DNA of 64,000 nt from positions 959-64,958 of the forward strand of contig CAYZYG010000009.1 of assembly GCA_964481395.1 (NCBI GenBank). The letters run 5' to 3'. The notes below the pieces were generated by a model, which was not told the origin of the DNA, did not search any database, and saw nothing but the letters and a program-made list of their open reading frames with translations. The translations under genes were made by a program, and so were the position numbers. The stretch comes from an uncultured Vicinamibacterales bacterium (GTDB lineage: Bacteria; Acidobacteriota; Vicinamibacteria; Vicinamibacterales; JAKQTR01). Positions 24,959 to 33,633 of this stretch are shown here, in pieces (the stretch's first letter is position 1; the number at the start of each line of letters is the position of its first letter).

Positions 24959-26644
24959 TCAGCGCACGCGGCTCCGGATGTCGATGAGCTGCTTCATGAC
25001 GTGGTAGAGCGAGCCCTGCCATGACTGGGTGCCGAACGCGTCGTGCAGCGTGCGGTACAGGGGGTACAGCTCTTGATACACCGCGTGGGCCTGGGGCTTG
25101 GGCGTGTAGATCCGGGACTTGAGGCCGGTCATGGCCCGTTGGGCGCTGGCGTAGGTGGCATGCCCTCCTGCGGCCTGCCCGGCCACGACGGCGCCGGCGA
25201 TGGCCGCGCCGAGCGCGCAGGTCTGGGCCGACCGGCTGATGCGCATGGGACGGCCGGTCACGTCGGCGTAGATCTGCATGACGAGCGCGTTCTTCTCGGC
25301 GATGCCCCCACAGTTGACGACCTGCTTCACGCTGACCCCGTAGTCCTCGAACCGCTCGATGATGGCGAGGGCGCCGAACGCGGTGGCTTCGATGAGCGCC
25401 CTGTAAATCTCGGCGGGCTCCGTGTAGAGCGTCTGCCCCACCAGCAGCCCGGTGAGCCGCTGGTCGACCAGGATCGTGCGATTGCCGTTGTTCCAGTCCA
25501 GCGCCAGCAGGCCCGACTCGCCCGGCCGGATTCGCGCGGCCCTGACCGCCAGCGCCTCGTGCGTGCCCTTGGCGCCGCCCGGCTGCAGGTACGAGACGAA
25601 CCAGTTGAAGATGTCGCCCACGGCCGACTGGCCGGCTTCGAGACCGAAGAACCCCGGCATCACGCTGCCGTCGACGATGCCGCAGAGTCCGGGGACGTCC
25701 TGCAGCGGCTTGCCGCGCGGCGACACGGTGATATCGCAGGTGCTCGTCCCGATGATCTTGACGAGCGTTCCCGGCGACACGCCGGCCCCGACGGCCCCGA
25801 GGTGCGCGTCGAACGCGCCGACCGCCACGGGTATACCGGCGCGCAGGCCCGTCCGCTTCGCCCACTCCTCGGTCAACCCGCCGACGGCCTGGTCGACCGA
25901 ATAGGCCCGCGGCCGGAGCCGCGGTCGCAGGTCGCCGAGTTTCGGATGGAGTCGTGCGAGGAACTCCGCGTCGGGGTAGCCTCCCCACGTGTCGCTGTAC
26001 ATGGCCTTGTGGCCCGCGGCGCACACGCCGGCGACGAGACGTTCGGGGCGCTCGGTCCCGGTCAGCATGGCCGGGATCCAGTCCGCAATCTCCACCCAGA
26101 GATGGGCCGCGTCGAACACCACCGGGTTCGTGCGGCAGCAATGGAGGATCTTGCTGAAGAACCACTCGCTCGAGTAGGTTCCGCCGATCTTCGCCAGGTA
26201 CTGCGGCCGCAGTCGCGACGCCAGCGCCGTGATCTCGGCCGCCTCGGCGACGCCGGTATGGTCCTTCCACAGCCAGGCCATGGCCGCCGGGTTCTTCGCA
26301 AAGCGATTCTGGAGGGCGAGCGGCTGACCTCGACGGTCGACCGGCAGGGGGGTGCTGCCCGTGGTGTCGACGCCGATGCCGATGACCTGTTCCGGCCGGA
26401 ACGCGCGAACGGCCTTCCTGGCCTGCGCGAGGGCTCCCGCGATCGAGATCTGAGCGCCCGTCACGTAGTCGGCCGGGTGCTGGCGGGCGAGATTCGGATC
26501 GCGCGACAGGATGACGCCGTGATCGCCGTGTTCGTAGTTCCAGACCGCGGTCCCGACCTCCCGCCCGGTCGCGACATCGACCACGAGGGCCCGGACGGAG
26601 TTGGTGCCGTAGTCGAGGCCGATCGTGTATTTGCGTCTGGGCAT
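24959..26644 (-). CDS. araB: Ribulokinase (FGGY family)
   Basis: YTIGLDYGTNSVRALVVD N-terminus. Length 561 aa and overall FGGY pattern typical of AraB. Confidence 0.9.
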   Translation of the reverse strand: MPRRKYTIGLDYGTNSVRALVVDVATGREVGTAVWNYEHGDHGVILSRDPNLARQHPADYVTGAQISIAGALAQARKAVRAFRPEQVIGIGVDTTGSTPLPVDRRGQPLALQNRFAKNPAAMAWLWKDHTGVAEAAEITALASRLRPQYLAKIGGTYSSEWFFSKILHCCRTNPVVFDAAHLWVEIADWIPAMLTGTERPERLVAGVCAAGHKAMYSDTWGGYPDAEFLARLHPKLGDLRPRLRPRAYSVDQAVGGLTEEWAKRTGLRAGIPVAVGAFDAHLGAVGAGVSPGTLVKIIGTSTCDITVSPRGKPLQDVPGLCGIVDGSVMPGFFGLEAGQSAVGDIFNWFVSYLQPGGAKGTHEALAVRAARIRPGESGLLALDWNNGNRTILVDQRLTGLLVGQTLYTEPAEIYRALIEATAFGALAIIERFEDYGVSVKQVVNCGGIAEKNALVMQIYADVTGRPMRISRSAQTCALGAAIAGAVVAGQAAGGHATYASAQRAMTGLKSRIYTPKPQAHAVYQELYPLYRTLHDAFGTQSWQGSLYHVMKQLIDIRSRVR

Positions 26645-26711
26645 GACAGCGTCCCTCGGTCCCGGGTTCGGGGGGCGGGGATTGGCTCAACCGATCCCCG
26701 GTCCCCGGTCC

Positions 26712-28121
26712 CTACACGTGTCTGTACACTTCCCACCCGAGGTACGTCTCGAGCGCGTCCTCGATGGCTTCTGCCACGGTTTCCCGTGTCGCGGCCACGT
26801 GGTGTTCGAACCCCATGCGGCAGATGTACTGCAACAGGTCCTGGAAGCGCGGGATCTCGACGACCCCGTAGCCGCCGAACGTGTCGAGCGCATCGTCCGT
26901 GAAGCGCCCTTCGCCGACGTACGCCGCGATCGCGCCCCTGATCTCGTCCGTGGAGACGCGGCAGTAGGTGAACGGCCCGGGCGCGACCCGGCCGACAATC
27001 GTGCCGTACGTGTTCTCGCGGCCGACGGTGCCCGCGATGATCTCCTGGTAGTCCATCCGCTGCTCCGCAAAGAAAGCCCTCGGCAGGTTGGAGCAGTGGA
27101 AGACGACGGCCTTGTCGGGATCGTCGGCGTAGTTGTTGTTCCAGTCGAGGAGGGCGGCGGGCTTCTGCGAGGCCGCCTGCAGCACGTACATGCCGACGAC
27201 ACCGGCCACGTCCGTCTCGCAGCCACTGGGCAGGAGCGAGTCGGACATCATGCTCATCAGCGTGCACGGAACGATGCCGTAGAACTCCTCGAGCGCCGTC
27301 CAGCACTGGATGGCCGTGGCCGAGAGGTGCTTGTCCCGCACCCAGCGATCGATGGCGACGCCCAGTTTCGCCATCTTCATCAGGCTCAGCGTCGGGATTC
27401 CCTTTACGGATGTGTAGCCCATGACGGCGTCGAGCTTGGCCCTGACCTCCGGCTCCGCGTCCGGCATCTTCGCGATCCACCCGAGCGCCTCGGACAGGTC
27501 GAGGGTCTCGATGCTGATGCCCGACCGCTCGAGCAGTTTCTCGCTGTAGCGGACCGTGTTGAAAGCGGCCGGCCTGGCGCCAAGAGCGCCGATCCTCGCG
27601 TGCCTGAGGGCGCGGACCACGCGGCACGTCGCGCCGAAGCGGCGGAGGTCGTCTCGGAAGGACGCTGATGCCGGGTCGACGGTGTGCAGCGACGTCAGGG
27701 AGTAGCGGATGCCGTACTGCCGGAGGTTGTTGCAGACCGACATCTTGCCGCAGAAGGCATCGCGCCGGTGTGTGATGGTCATCCGGTCGCCCGCGTCGCT
27801 GAACGCGTGGATGAGGACCGGCACGTCGAGTTCGGCCCAGCGGAGGGTGTTGGCCACCGCCCGCTCGTCGCCGAAGTTCGGGAGCGTGACCAGCACGCCG
27901 TCGATCTCGTCTCGGTGGGCGCGCAACAGGTCCGCGCACGCCCGGGCCTCCTCGAGGCTCTCGACGGCGCCGTGGCGCGTTGCGTCCGGAGCCAGAGCAA
28001 CCGACTGGAACCCTTCGGCTGCCAGGGCTTCAAGAACGGCCTGGCGGCCTGTTTCACACAGATGCGCCGGGAAAAACCCTCGGTTGCCGACGACGAGGGC
28101 GAGGGTGGTGGGCGTAGGCAT
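26712..28121 (-). CDS. L-fucose/L-arabinose isomerase-family protein (about 470-aa type)
   Basis: N-terminal LALVVGNRGFFP...VTLPNFGDE pattern. Positioned upstream of araB-araD in the same orientation. Confidence 0.8.
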   Translation of the reverse strand: MPTPTTLALVVGNRGFFPAHLCETGRQAVLEALAAEGFQSVALAPDATRHGAVESLEEARACADLLRAHRDEIDGVLVTLPNFGDERAVANTLRWAELDVPVLIHAFSDAGDRMTITHRRDAFCGKMSVCNNLRQYGIRYSLTSLHTVDPASASFRDDLRRFGATCRVVRALRHARIGALGARPAAFNTVRYSEKLLERSGISIETLDLSEALGWIAKMPDAEPEVRAKLDAVMGYTSVKGIPTLSLMKMAKLGVAIDRWVRDKHLSATAIQCWTALEEFYGIVPCTLMSMMSDSLLPSGCETDVAGVVGMYVLQAASQKPAALLDWNNNYADDPDKAVVFHCSNLPRAFFAEQRMDYQEIIAGTVGRENTYGTIVGRVAPGPFTYCRVSTDEIRGAIAAYVGEGRFTDDALDTFGGYGVVEIPRFQDLLQYICRMGFEHHVAATRETVAEAIEDALETYLGWEVYRHV

Positions 28122-28374
28122 GCAACAGTTCTCCGTCAGGCAGGCGAGGGGCGGCCGACGCGGAGAACGTTATCACGGTCCGGGGGATGACCGGTACACG
28201 AAGACCGGGCCTCGAGATCCGGGAGCCGGGATCCGGGATGCGGTCCTGCACGGCACAGACGCCTGGAACGGGCGCCGACAGGGCCGGTGGTACACGCCTC
28301 GACCGAGGGTCACAGACGAGCCATGCCGCGGCCTGCGGGCCCGCCTGTAGAATGATGGTCTCTGAGGAGCAGTC

Positions 28375-29343
28375 GTGTTCAACCAGACTGAGGAAGCGTC
28401 AATCCGCGCGTGGAACGACGGGCTCGACGGCCACGTGACGCTGCACGTGCTGCTGAGCGACGACACGAGGAGCGAACGTGTCGAAGCTTTTGCCAGGCAG
28501 TTCGCGGCGCTCGCGCCGCGCGTGGGCCTGGCCATCGACCGGAGGCCAGGCGCCGAGGCTCCATCGATGCACGTGAGCCGTCGCGTGCGGTACCTGGCCG
28601 TCCCTGTCGGGACCGAACTGGCGCCCTTTCTGGAGTGCGTCCGCCGCTTATCTCCATGCGTGACGGACGCCTCCCGATCCGCACTCGCCCGCGAGCCCGG
28701 TTCAGGCGACGCGGACGTGCACCTCTACGTGTCGCCGCACTGCCCGCATTGTCCGGTCGCGACGCGGGCGTTGTTCGGGCTGCTCGATGAAAACCCGGCG
28801 GCGAGACTCGTGGTCGTCGACGTGGACCTGCTGCCCGAAATGGCGACGCGCGACGCCGTTCGCTCGGTGCCGACGGTGCTGGTGGGCCGTCACTACCGCT
28901 CGACGGGGGCGATCTCGGTCGACGAGATTCGCCGGGCGCTGGCGAGCACCGAGCCCGATGCGGCCGCTATCGGTCGGCTGCTCGACGGGGGCGAGGCCGC
29001 AGCCGTGGCGGACATGATGGCTGAGGCCGGGCGGGTGTTTTCCACAGTCCTCGACCGCGTGGCACACGAGACGATGACCGTCCGGCTCGGGGCCATGGCC
29101 GCCCTGGAGCGGCTCATCGAGATCGCGCCCGAGGTGGCGGCCACCGCGGAGTCCGGGCTCTGGGAGCGGATCGCCGGCACCGGGCGCGAGGCGACGGGAG
29201 ACGTGCTCTACATGCTCGGTGAGGCAGGGACACCGGCCACCGTGCCGTGGCTCAGGGCGTTCCACGAGGCGACGGCGGATCCGGAGCTGCAGGAGGCGGT
29301 GACGGACGCCCTCGCGCGGCTGGCCGAGCGCGCAGAGCGCTGA
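28375..29343 (+). CDS. Thioredoxin/glutaredoxin-fold protein (CPHC) with a C-terminal HEAT-like segment
   Basis: HLYVSPHCPHCPVA...VRSVPTVLV is a classic Trx-fold active site plus cis-Pro region. GTG start as in the ORF track. Confidence 0.7.
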   Translation: MFNQTEEASIRAWNDGLDGHVTLHVLLSDDTRSERVEAFARQFAALAPRVGLAIDRRPGAEAPSMHVSRRVRYLAVPVGTELAPFLECVRRLSPCVTDASRSALAREPGSGDADVHLYVSPHCPHCPVATRALFGLLDENPAARLVVVDVDLLPEMATRDAVRSVPTVLVGRHYRSTGAISVDEIRRALASTEPDAAAIGRLLDGGEAAAVADMMAEAGRVFSTVLDRVAHETMTVRLGAMAALERLIEIAPEVAATAESGLWERIAGTGREATGDVLYMLGEAGTPATVPWLRAFHEATADPELQEAVTDALARLAERAER

Positions 29344-29374
29344 GGCCGCTGCACGCGGCGGGGCCGGGCCGGCC

Positions 29375-29404
29375 GGCGAGGTGGAGCGAGCGCCCCACCT
29401 CGCC
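29375..29404. terminator. Stem-loop GGCGAGGTGG-(10 nt)-CCACCTCGCC between convergent genes
   Basis: Perfect 10-bp stem read directly from the sequence. Confidence 0.5.
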
Positions 29405-29437
29405 CGGTCTGGGCCTTCACAGCGGGCTAGCCCCGTG

Positions 29438-31390
29438 CTAGCGGGCGGCCTTGGCGCCAGCCGGCACGACGTACACCGACTCGAGCACCTTGTTCGATTC
29501 CTCGTCCTGCACGAAGGCCACGACCACGAGGTTGCCGGTGATCTCGTGCTTCTTCTGGCGGAACCGGTACTGGCCGTCCCGCTCCTTGACCTCGAACTCA
29601 TCGAGGTGGGCCTTCGCGTCGGCGACGGCCTTGGCGATGTCGAACGTGTACTCGAACGTCCCGCCCTTGCCCGGCTGGAGGGCGAACCCCAGCACAGCCT
29701 TCGCGTCGACGGCCATGCTGCGCACGACCATGGGGTGGAAGCGTTCGCCGTTCTCGCCGCTGTAGGTGACCGACTCCTCGGCGAGCACGATCTGCAGTCG
29801 CGGCTTTACCGCCTTTGCCGAGAGTCTGGAAACCGTGGCCCTGACTGTGACCGTCGCCGGCGCCGCGGTCGCCTGGAGGGCGATGCGCGCCCCCGGCTGC
29901 TCGGCGAGACGCTTCTCGATCGCGGGATCGACCTTCGACTCGAAGATCGACTTCGCGTTGTCGGCGCTGCCGCCGCCGCCGTCGCGGTCACCGTCGAAGA
30001 AGTAGCTGGGCGAGCTGTTGACGGCGTAGTACTGCCGTCGCGCGACCGTGGCAGGATTCACCATCGGGTCGGGCTGGGGAATGTGGACGTGGTAGTTCAG
30101 CAGGATGAAGTCGTCCCGGGTGTAACGTTCGTGCGCGGCATCGAAGGCGAGACCCGCCCCCACGCACGGAGGTCAACCCGCGCCGGGGAAGACCTCGGCC
30201 AGCACGGTCTTCCCGGTCGACCTCGCCCCGGCCTTCCGGGCGAACGGGGTGACGGCGAAACGCGTGTGATCGCGGCGGTAGCGCTCGTCGAGCATCGTCT
30301 CGAGACCGTCGAGCGAGCCGTTGTGCGTCTTGCTGTACACGGCCTCGAGTTCCTTGGTCTCGTCGGCCGTGATGCGGCCCGTGAGTGCGAGGGCACTCAG
30401 GTACTCGAGTTGCTGGACGTCGTTGCCGGCCTTCTTTGCGACCTCGGCCAGCGTTCGGGCAACCGGCGCCATGGCGCTGGCGGCCGGCTTGGCCGCGTAG
30501 GCCTCGTTCAGTGCCTTTACGCCTTCTGCGTCCTTGCCCCGCTTGACGAGAATCTGTCCGAGCGTCGCCAGCGCGGAGGCGCGGACCGACTTGAAGGCGG
30601 CCCGCATGTCATCGTCCGTGGGCGCCTCCGGCCGCGTGGGCGGGCGTGGCGGCGTGGCCGGCCGAGGGGGCGCGGGTGGTGCGAGACTGACCTGTGTCAC
30701 CCCGCCCTTGGTCGAGAACCGGTAGGCGGGGGGCGGAGGCGCGGGCGTTGACGGTTCGGCCGCCGGCTTGTCAGTCGCGGGTCCTCCACCGGCCGCCGCC
30801 GGTTTCGGCTGGGAGGCCTGCGCCGTCATCTTCTCGTAGTTGGCGAGCGTGCGCTCGTACTGCTTCCGGCGCATGTCCATGTAGGCGCGCTCGTCCATGT
30901 CCGCGAGCGCCTTTCTGGCGAACTCCTCCGCTTCTTCGGAGTAGATACCCGCGTTCACCAGCCGAGACGCGAGGTTGGCGTACGTGGAGTAGATGGGTGT
31001 CGTGTCCGCTCGCTTCTCCGCCTCGGCGATCTCCGCCTCCGTGCCGGCGAGGAACTTCGCGCGTGAGTCCTTGTAGGCGGCGAGCACGGACGTGGTGATC
31101 TGGCTCCTGGCCATGCTGAGGAGCTGCGGCGTGGCTTTCGGGAAGTCGGCGATGAACTTCTCGAGCGCCTCCACACGCTTGAGCGGATTCGTCTCGCCGG
31201 CGGCCGCGTTGAAGGCCTTGGCTTCGTCGGGAAGCTCTTTCGCCGGCTCGGCCGGCTTCTGGGCACCGGCCGCGGCGGCAGGCTTCTGGTCGGGCGGCTT
31301 CTGCTGCGCCGTGTCCTGGGCGCGGGGCCACGACGTCGCCGCGAGAACGAGGGCGATGATGAGAACGGTGAATCGACGGAATCGTGCCAT
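29438..31390 (-). CDS. Exported Pro/Ala-rich helical protein fused to a thioredoxin-like domain with a candidate selenocysteine redox motif U-P-P-C (in-frame TGA at 30173-30175)
   Basis: Track ORFs 30173..31663 and 29438..30163 share one frame and are separated only by TGA. The junction reads KTVLAEVFPGAG-TGA-PPC-VGAGLAFDAA. ATG at 31390 has RBS AAGGAG and a signal peptide. A SECIS-like hairpin follows the TGA. Confidence 0.6.
30130..30168 (-). promoter_or_regulatory. Candidate bacterial SECIS hairpin downstream of the in-frame UGA
   Basis: With U of UGA as +1: lower stem 8-13 / 41-46 (CGUGCG/CGCACG), upper stem 15-21 / 27-33, apical loop G22 G23 U24 C25 U26. Confidence 0.5.
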
Positions 31391-31466
31391 GGGGTGCTCC
31401 TTGAGCTGAGCGAGGAACAGTGCCGGGCATTCTAACATCGCCGGGGGCGGGCCCAAACCTTCGCCA

Positions 31467-32021
31467 TTATGGCGTTCGGGCGGGAGCGCGGCCTGCCATC
31501 CGAAGCAGTGTCGTGACCGTGCGCCAGTTCCGCGCCGTGGCGTCGACGCCAAGCAGGCGCTCGACGCGGTCGCCGAGCCGGGAGGGCCCGAAGCCATCGG
31601 GCGTGTAGAGGTAGAACGCCTTGCCGTCGAGGGCGAAGCGCTCGGTCGGCGACCGACGCGCATCCATGGCCACCAGGTCCGGGCTCGGGGGTCTACGCGC
31701 CAGGAAGAAGACGTGCACGCTTCGCGGGCTGGCGTCGGCCTCGGGAAACGGGTTGCCCGCGGCGGCGCGACGAAGCTCCGCGCCGGTGATCAGGAGGACG
31801 CGCGGCTCGAAGCCGCGCGTGCGGGCCACAGCCGCCGCGACGCGCGCCGGCAGACGACGGGCCGCCTCTGCCGGGCAGGAGAAGATCACGTTCCCGCTCT
31901 GGATGTAGGTGCGGACGTGGCGACACCCCTCGGCCTCGAACACCTCCCTGAGTTCCTTCATGGGCAAGGTGTTCCGGCCGAGGACGTTGATGCCGCGCAG
32001 CAGGGCGATGTAGGTGGGCAT
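31467..32021 (-). CDS. DUF1697 family protein
   Basis: MPTYIALLRGINVLGRNTLPMKELREVF is the family N-terminal signature. Confidence 0.85.
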   Translation of the reverse strand: MPTYIALLRGINVLGRNTLPMKELREVFEAEGCRHVRTYIQSGNVIFSCPAEAARRLPARVAAAVARTRGFEPRVLLITGAELRRAAAGNPFPEADASPRSVHVFFLARRPPSPDLVAMDARRSPTERFALDGKAFYLYTPDGFGPSRLGDRVERLLGVDATARNWRTVTTLLRMAGRAPARTP

Positions 32022-32038
32022 GAGCGTGCGGGACCGCC

Positions 32039-32515
32039 CTACGGCTTCCTCCGGTAACGCGCCAGCATGAAACGCTGCCAGGTGCCGTCCGGCTTCTGCA
32101 TCTCGGACGACAAGGTGCGCTCATCGTCACTGACGATCTCGATGATGTCGTGGTACTTCGCCATGCCGCCGTCGAAACCCGGGCCATCGGCACTGAGCGT
32201 CAGCACGCGCTGGGCGCTGTCGAGCGTGCCTTCCCCGTAAATCCACAGGTGCGTCATGCACGACGCGATGAACGTGCCGACGAAGCACTTCCGGGCCGGG
32301 TCGTAGCCGAGAGTCATCACCGACGTCATCTCGCCATCCGGGCTGCTGACGAGACCTTCGGCGATCGCCCACATGCCGCCCAGCGACCGGACGGACTCGG
32401 TTCCCGACGACTGGTAGGGGGGCTGGTCCGGACCCATGTTGGCTTCGCCCTCGAAGGTCCACTCGCCGACCAGCTTCTGCAGCCACTCGTGCTCTGCCTG
32501 GGGTTTCTCGGTCAT
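32039..32515 (-). CDS. DUF1579 family protein
   Basis: ATG at 32515 inside the track ORF. EHEWLQKLVGEWTFEGE is a DUF1579-like N-terminus. Confidence 0.75.
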   Translation of the reverse strand: MTEKPQAEHEWLQKLVGEWTFEGEANMGPDQPPYQSSGTESVRSLGGMWAIAEGLVSSPDGEMTSVMTLGYDPARKCFVGTFIASCMTHLWIYGEGTLDSAQRVLTLSADGPGFDGGMAKYHDIIEIVSDDERTLSSEMQKPDGTWQRFMLARYRRKP

Positions 32516-32759
32516 GTCGGGTCTCCTGCGCCCTGTCGATCTGCATGACGCGGCGCCGGGGCAGCCGCCCCTGGCGCGCGCCGCTGTGTTGTGCTGTCGT
32601 GAGGCCGAACGGTCACAGTATACCCGGACCGACCTGGTGCTCCCGCTGGAACCGTTGCGAACCGGGCGCCGCGCTCCGGAACTTCGACAACGAACCACTG
32701 ATACGGGCCACCGGTGGACGTGTTACACTAGTCAGAAGACTAGTCAGAAGGAGACTGTC

Positions 32760-33017
32760 ATGCCCGCGTGGCCGGTTCAGGATGCGAAGGCGAGATTCAG
32801 TGAACTGCTCGAGACCTGCCTGGCCGAAGGGCCTCAGGTGGTGACGAAGCGGGGAGCCGAGGCGGCCGTTCTGGTGCCGGTCGAGCAGTGGCGCCGGCTC
32901 GAAACGTCGGCGCGCCCGACCCTGAAGTCGCTGCTGCTGTCCGATCGCGGTCGCACGCGCCTGACGATTCCGAAGCGGGGCAGCGCCAGGCGCCGCGGGT
33001 CGGCGACGCTGGAGTGA
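32760..33017 (+). CDS. Type II antitoxin (Phd/YefM-like), partner of the downstream PIN toxin
   Basis: WPVQDAKARFSELLE...PQVVTKRGAEAAVLVPVEQW pattern. 85 aa. Ends 5 nt before the toxin start. Confidence 0.85.
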   Translation: MPAWPVQDAKARFSELLETCLAEGPQVVTKRGAEAAVLVPVEQWRRLETSARPTLKSLLLSDRGRTRLTIPKRGSARRRGSATLE

Positions 33018-33022
33018 CCTGC

Positions 33023-33436
33023 ATGTTCCTGCTCGACACCAACGTCGTCTCGGAATTGCGCAAACCGCGGCCTCATGGCGCCGTTCTGGCCTGGCTGGAA
33101 GGGGTGGAGGACCGGCGTCTGTTCGTGTCGGCCGTCACGCTCGCCGAGATTCAGGCGGGCATCGAACTGACCCGTCAGCAGGACACGATCAAGGCCGCCG
33201 AGATCGAGTCATGGCTGGATCAGGTCGCGGAGTCATGGAACGTCCTGCCGATGGACGTCGCGGCATTCCGGCTGTGGGCGAGGCTGATGCACGGCAGGCC
33301 GGACGCCCTCTACGAAGATGCGATGATCGCGGCCACCGCCCGCGTGCATCACCTCACGGTGGTCACACGCAACGTCCAGGACTTCGCACCGTTTGACGTG
33401 TCGGTGCTGAACCCGTTCAGGACGGCGAGGCGCTGA
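33023..33436 (+). CDS. vapC: PIN-domain ribonuclease toxin VapC
   Basis: MFLLDTNVVSE...AMIAATA...VVTRNVQDF carries the PIN acidic residues. Confidence 0.9.
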   Translation: MFLLDTNVVSELRKPRPHGAVLAWLEGVEDRRLFVSAVTLAEIQAGIELTRQQDTIKAAEIESWLDQVAESWNVLPMDVAAFRLWARLMHGRPDALYEDAMIAATARVHHLTVVTRNVQDFAPFDVSVLNPFRTARR

Positions 33437-33633
33437 GTGGGTCGAGTCACACGTACGGCCTCTTCGCACGTCCGCGCTCGATGGCCGCCGTTGTTCCCTC
33501 GCCACGCAGCCTGAGCGCGCGAGTTCATCACCATGACTGCCCATCGACGGACCGAAAGGCCCGCCAGGCCGAGAAGACGTCGGCGCCATGAGGCCCGCCG
33601 CCGCAACCGGCGGTGCGCTGGTAACAGGGTCTG

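Noticed and set aside
30161-30175. Alternative reading: the TGA at 30173 is a genuine stop and 29438-30163 is a separate gene starting at a GTG.
   Set aside because: Not fully excluded, but disfavoured. The GTG has no RBS and lies 9 nt after the stop in the same frame. The split would cut a thioredoxin-like active-site motif in two. A SECIS-like hairpin sits at the expected distance. A nonsense pseudogene remains the main competing explanation.
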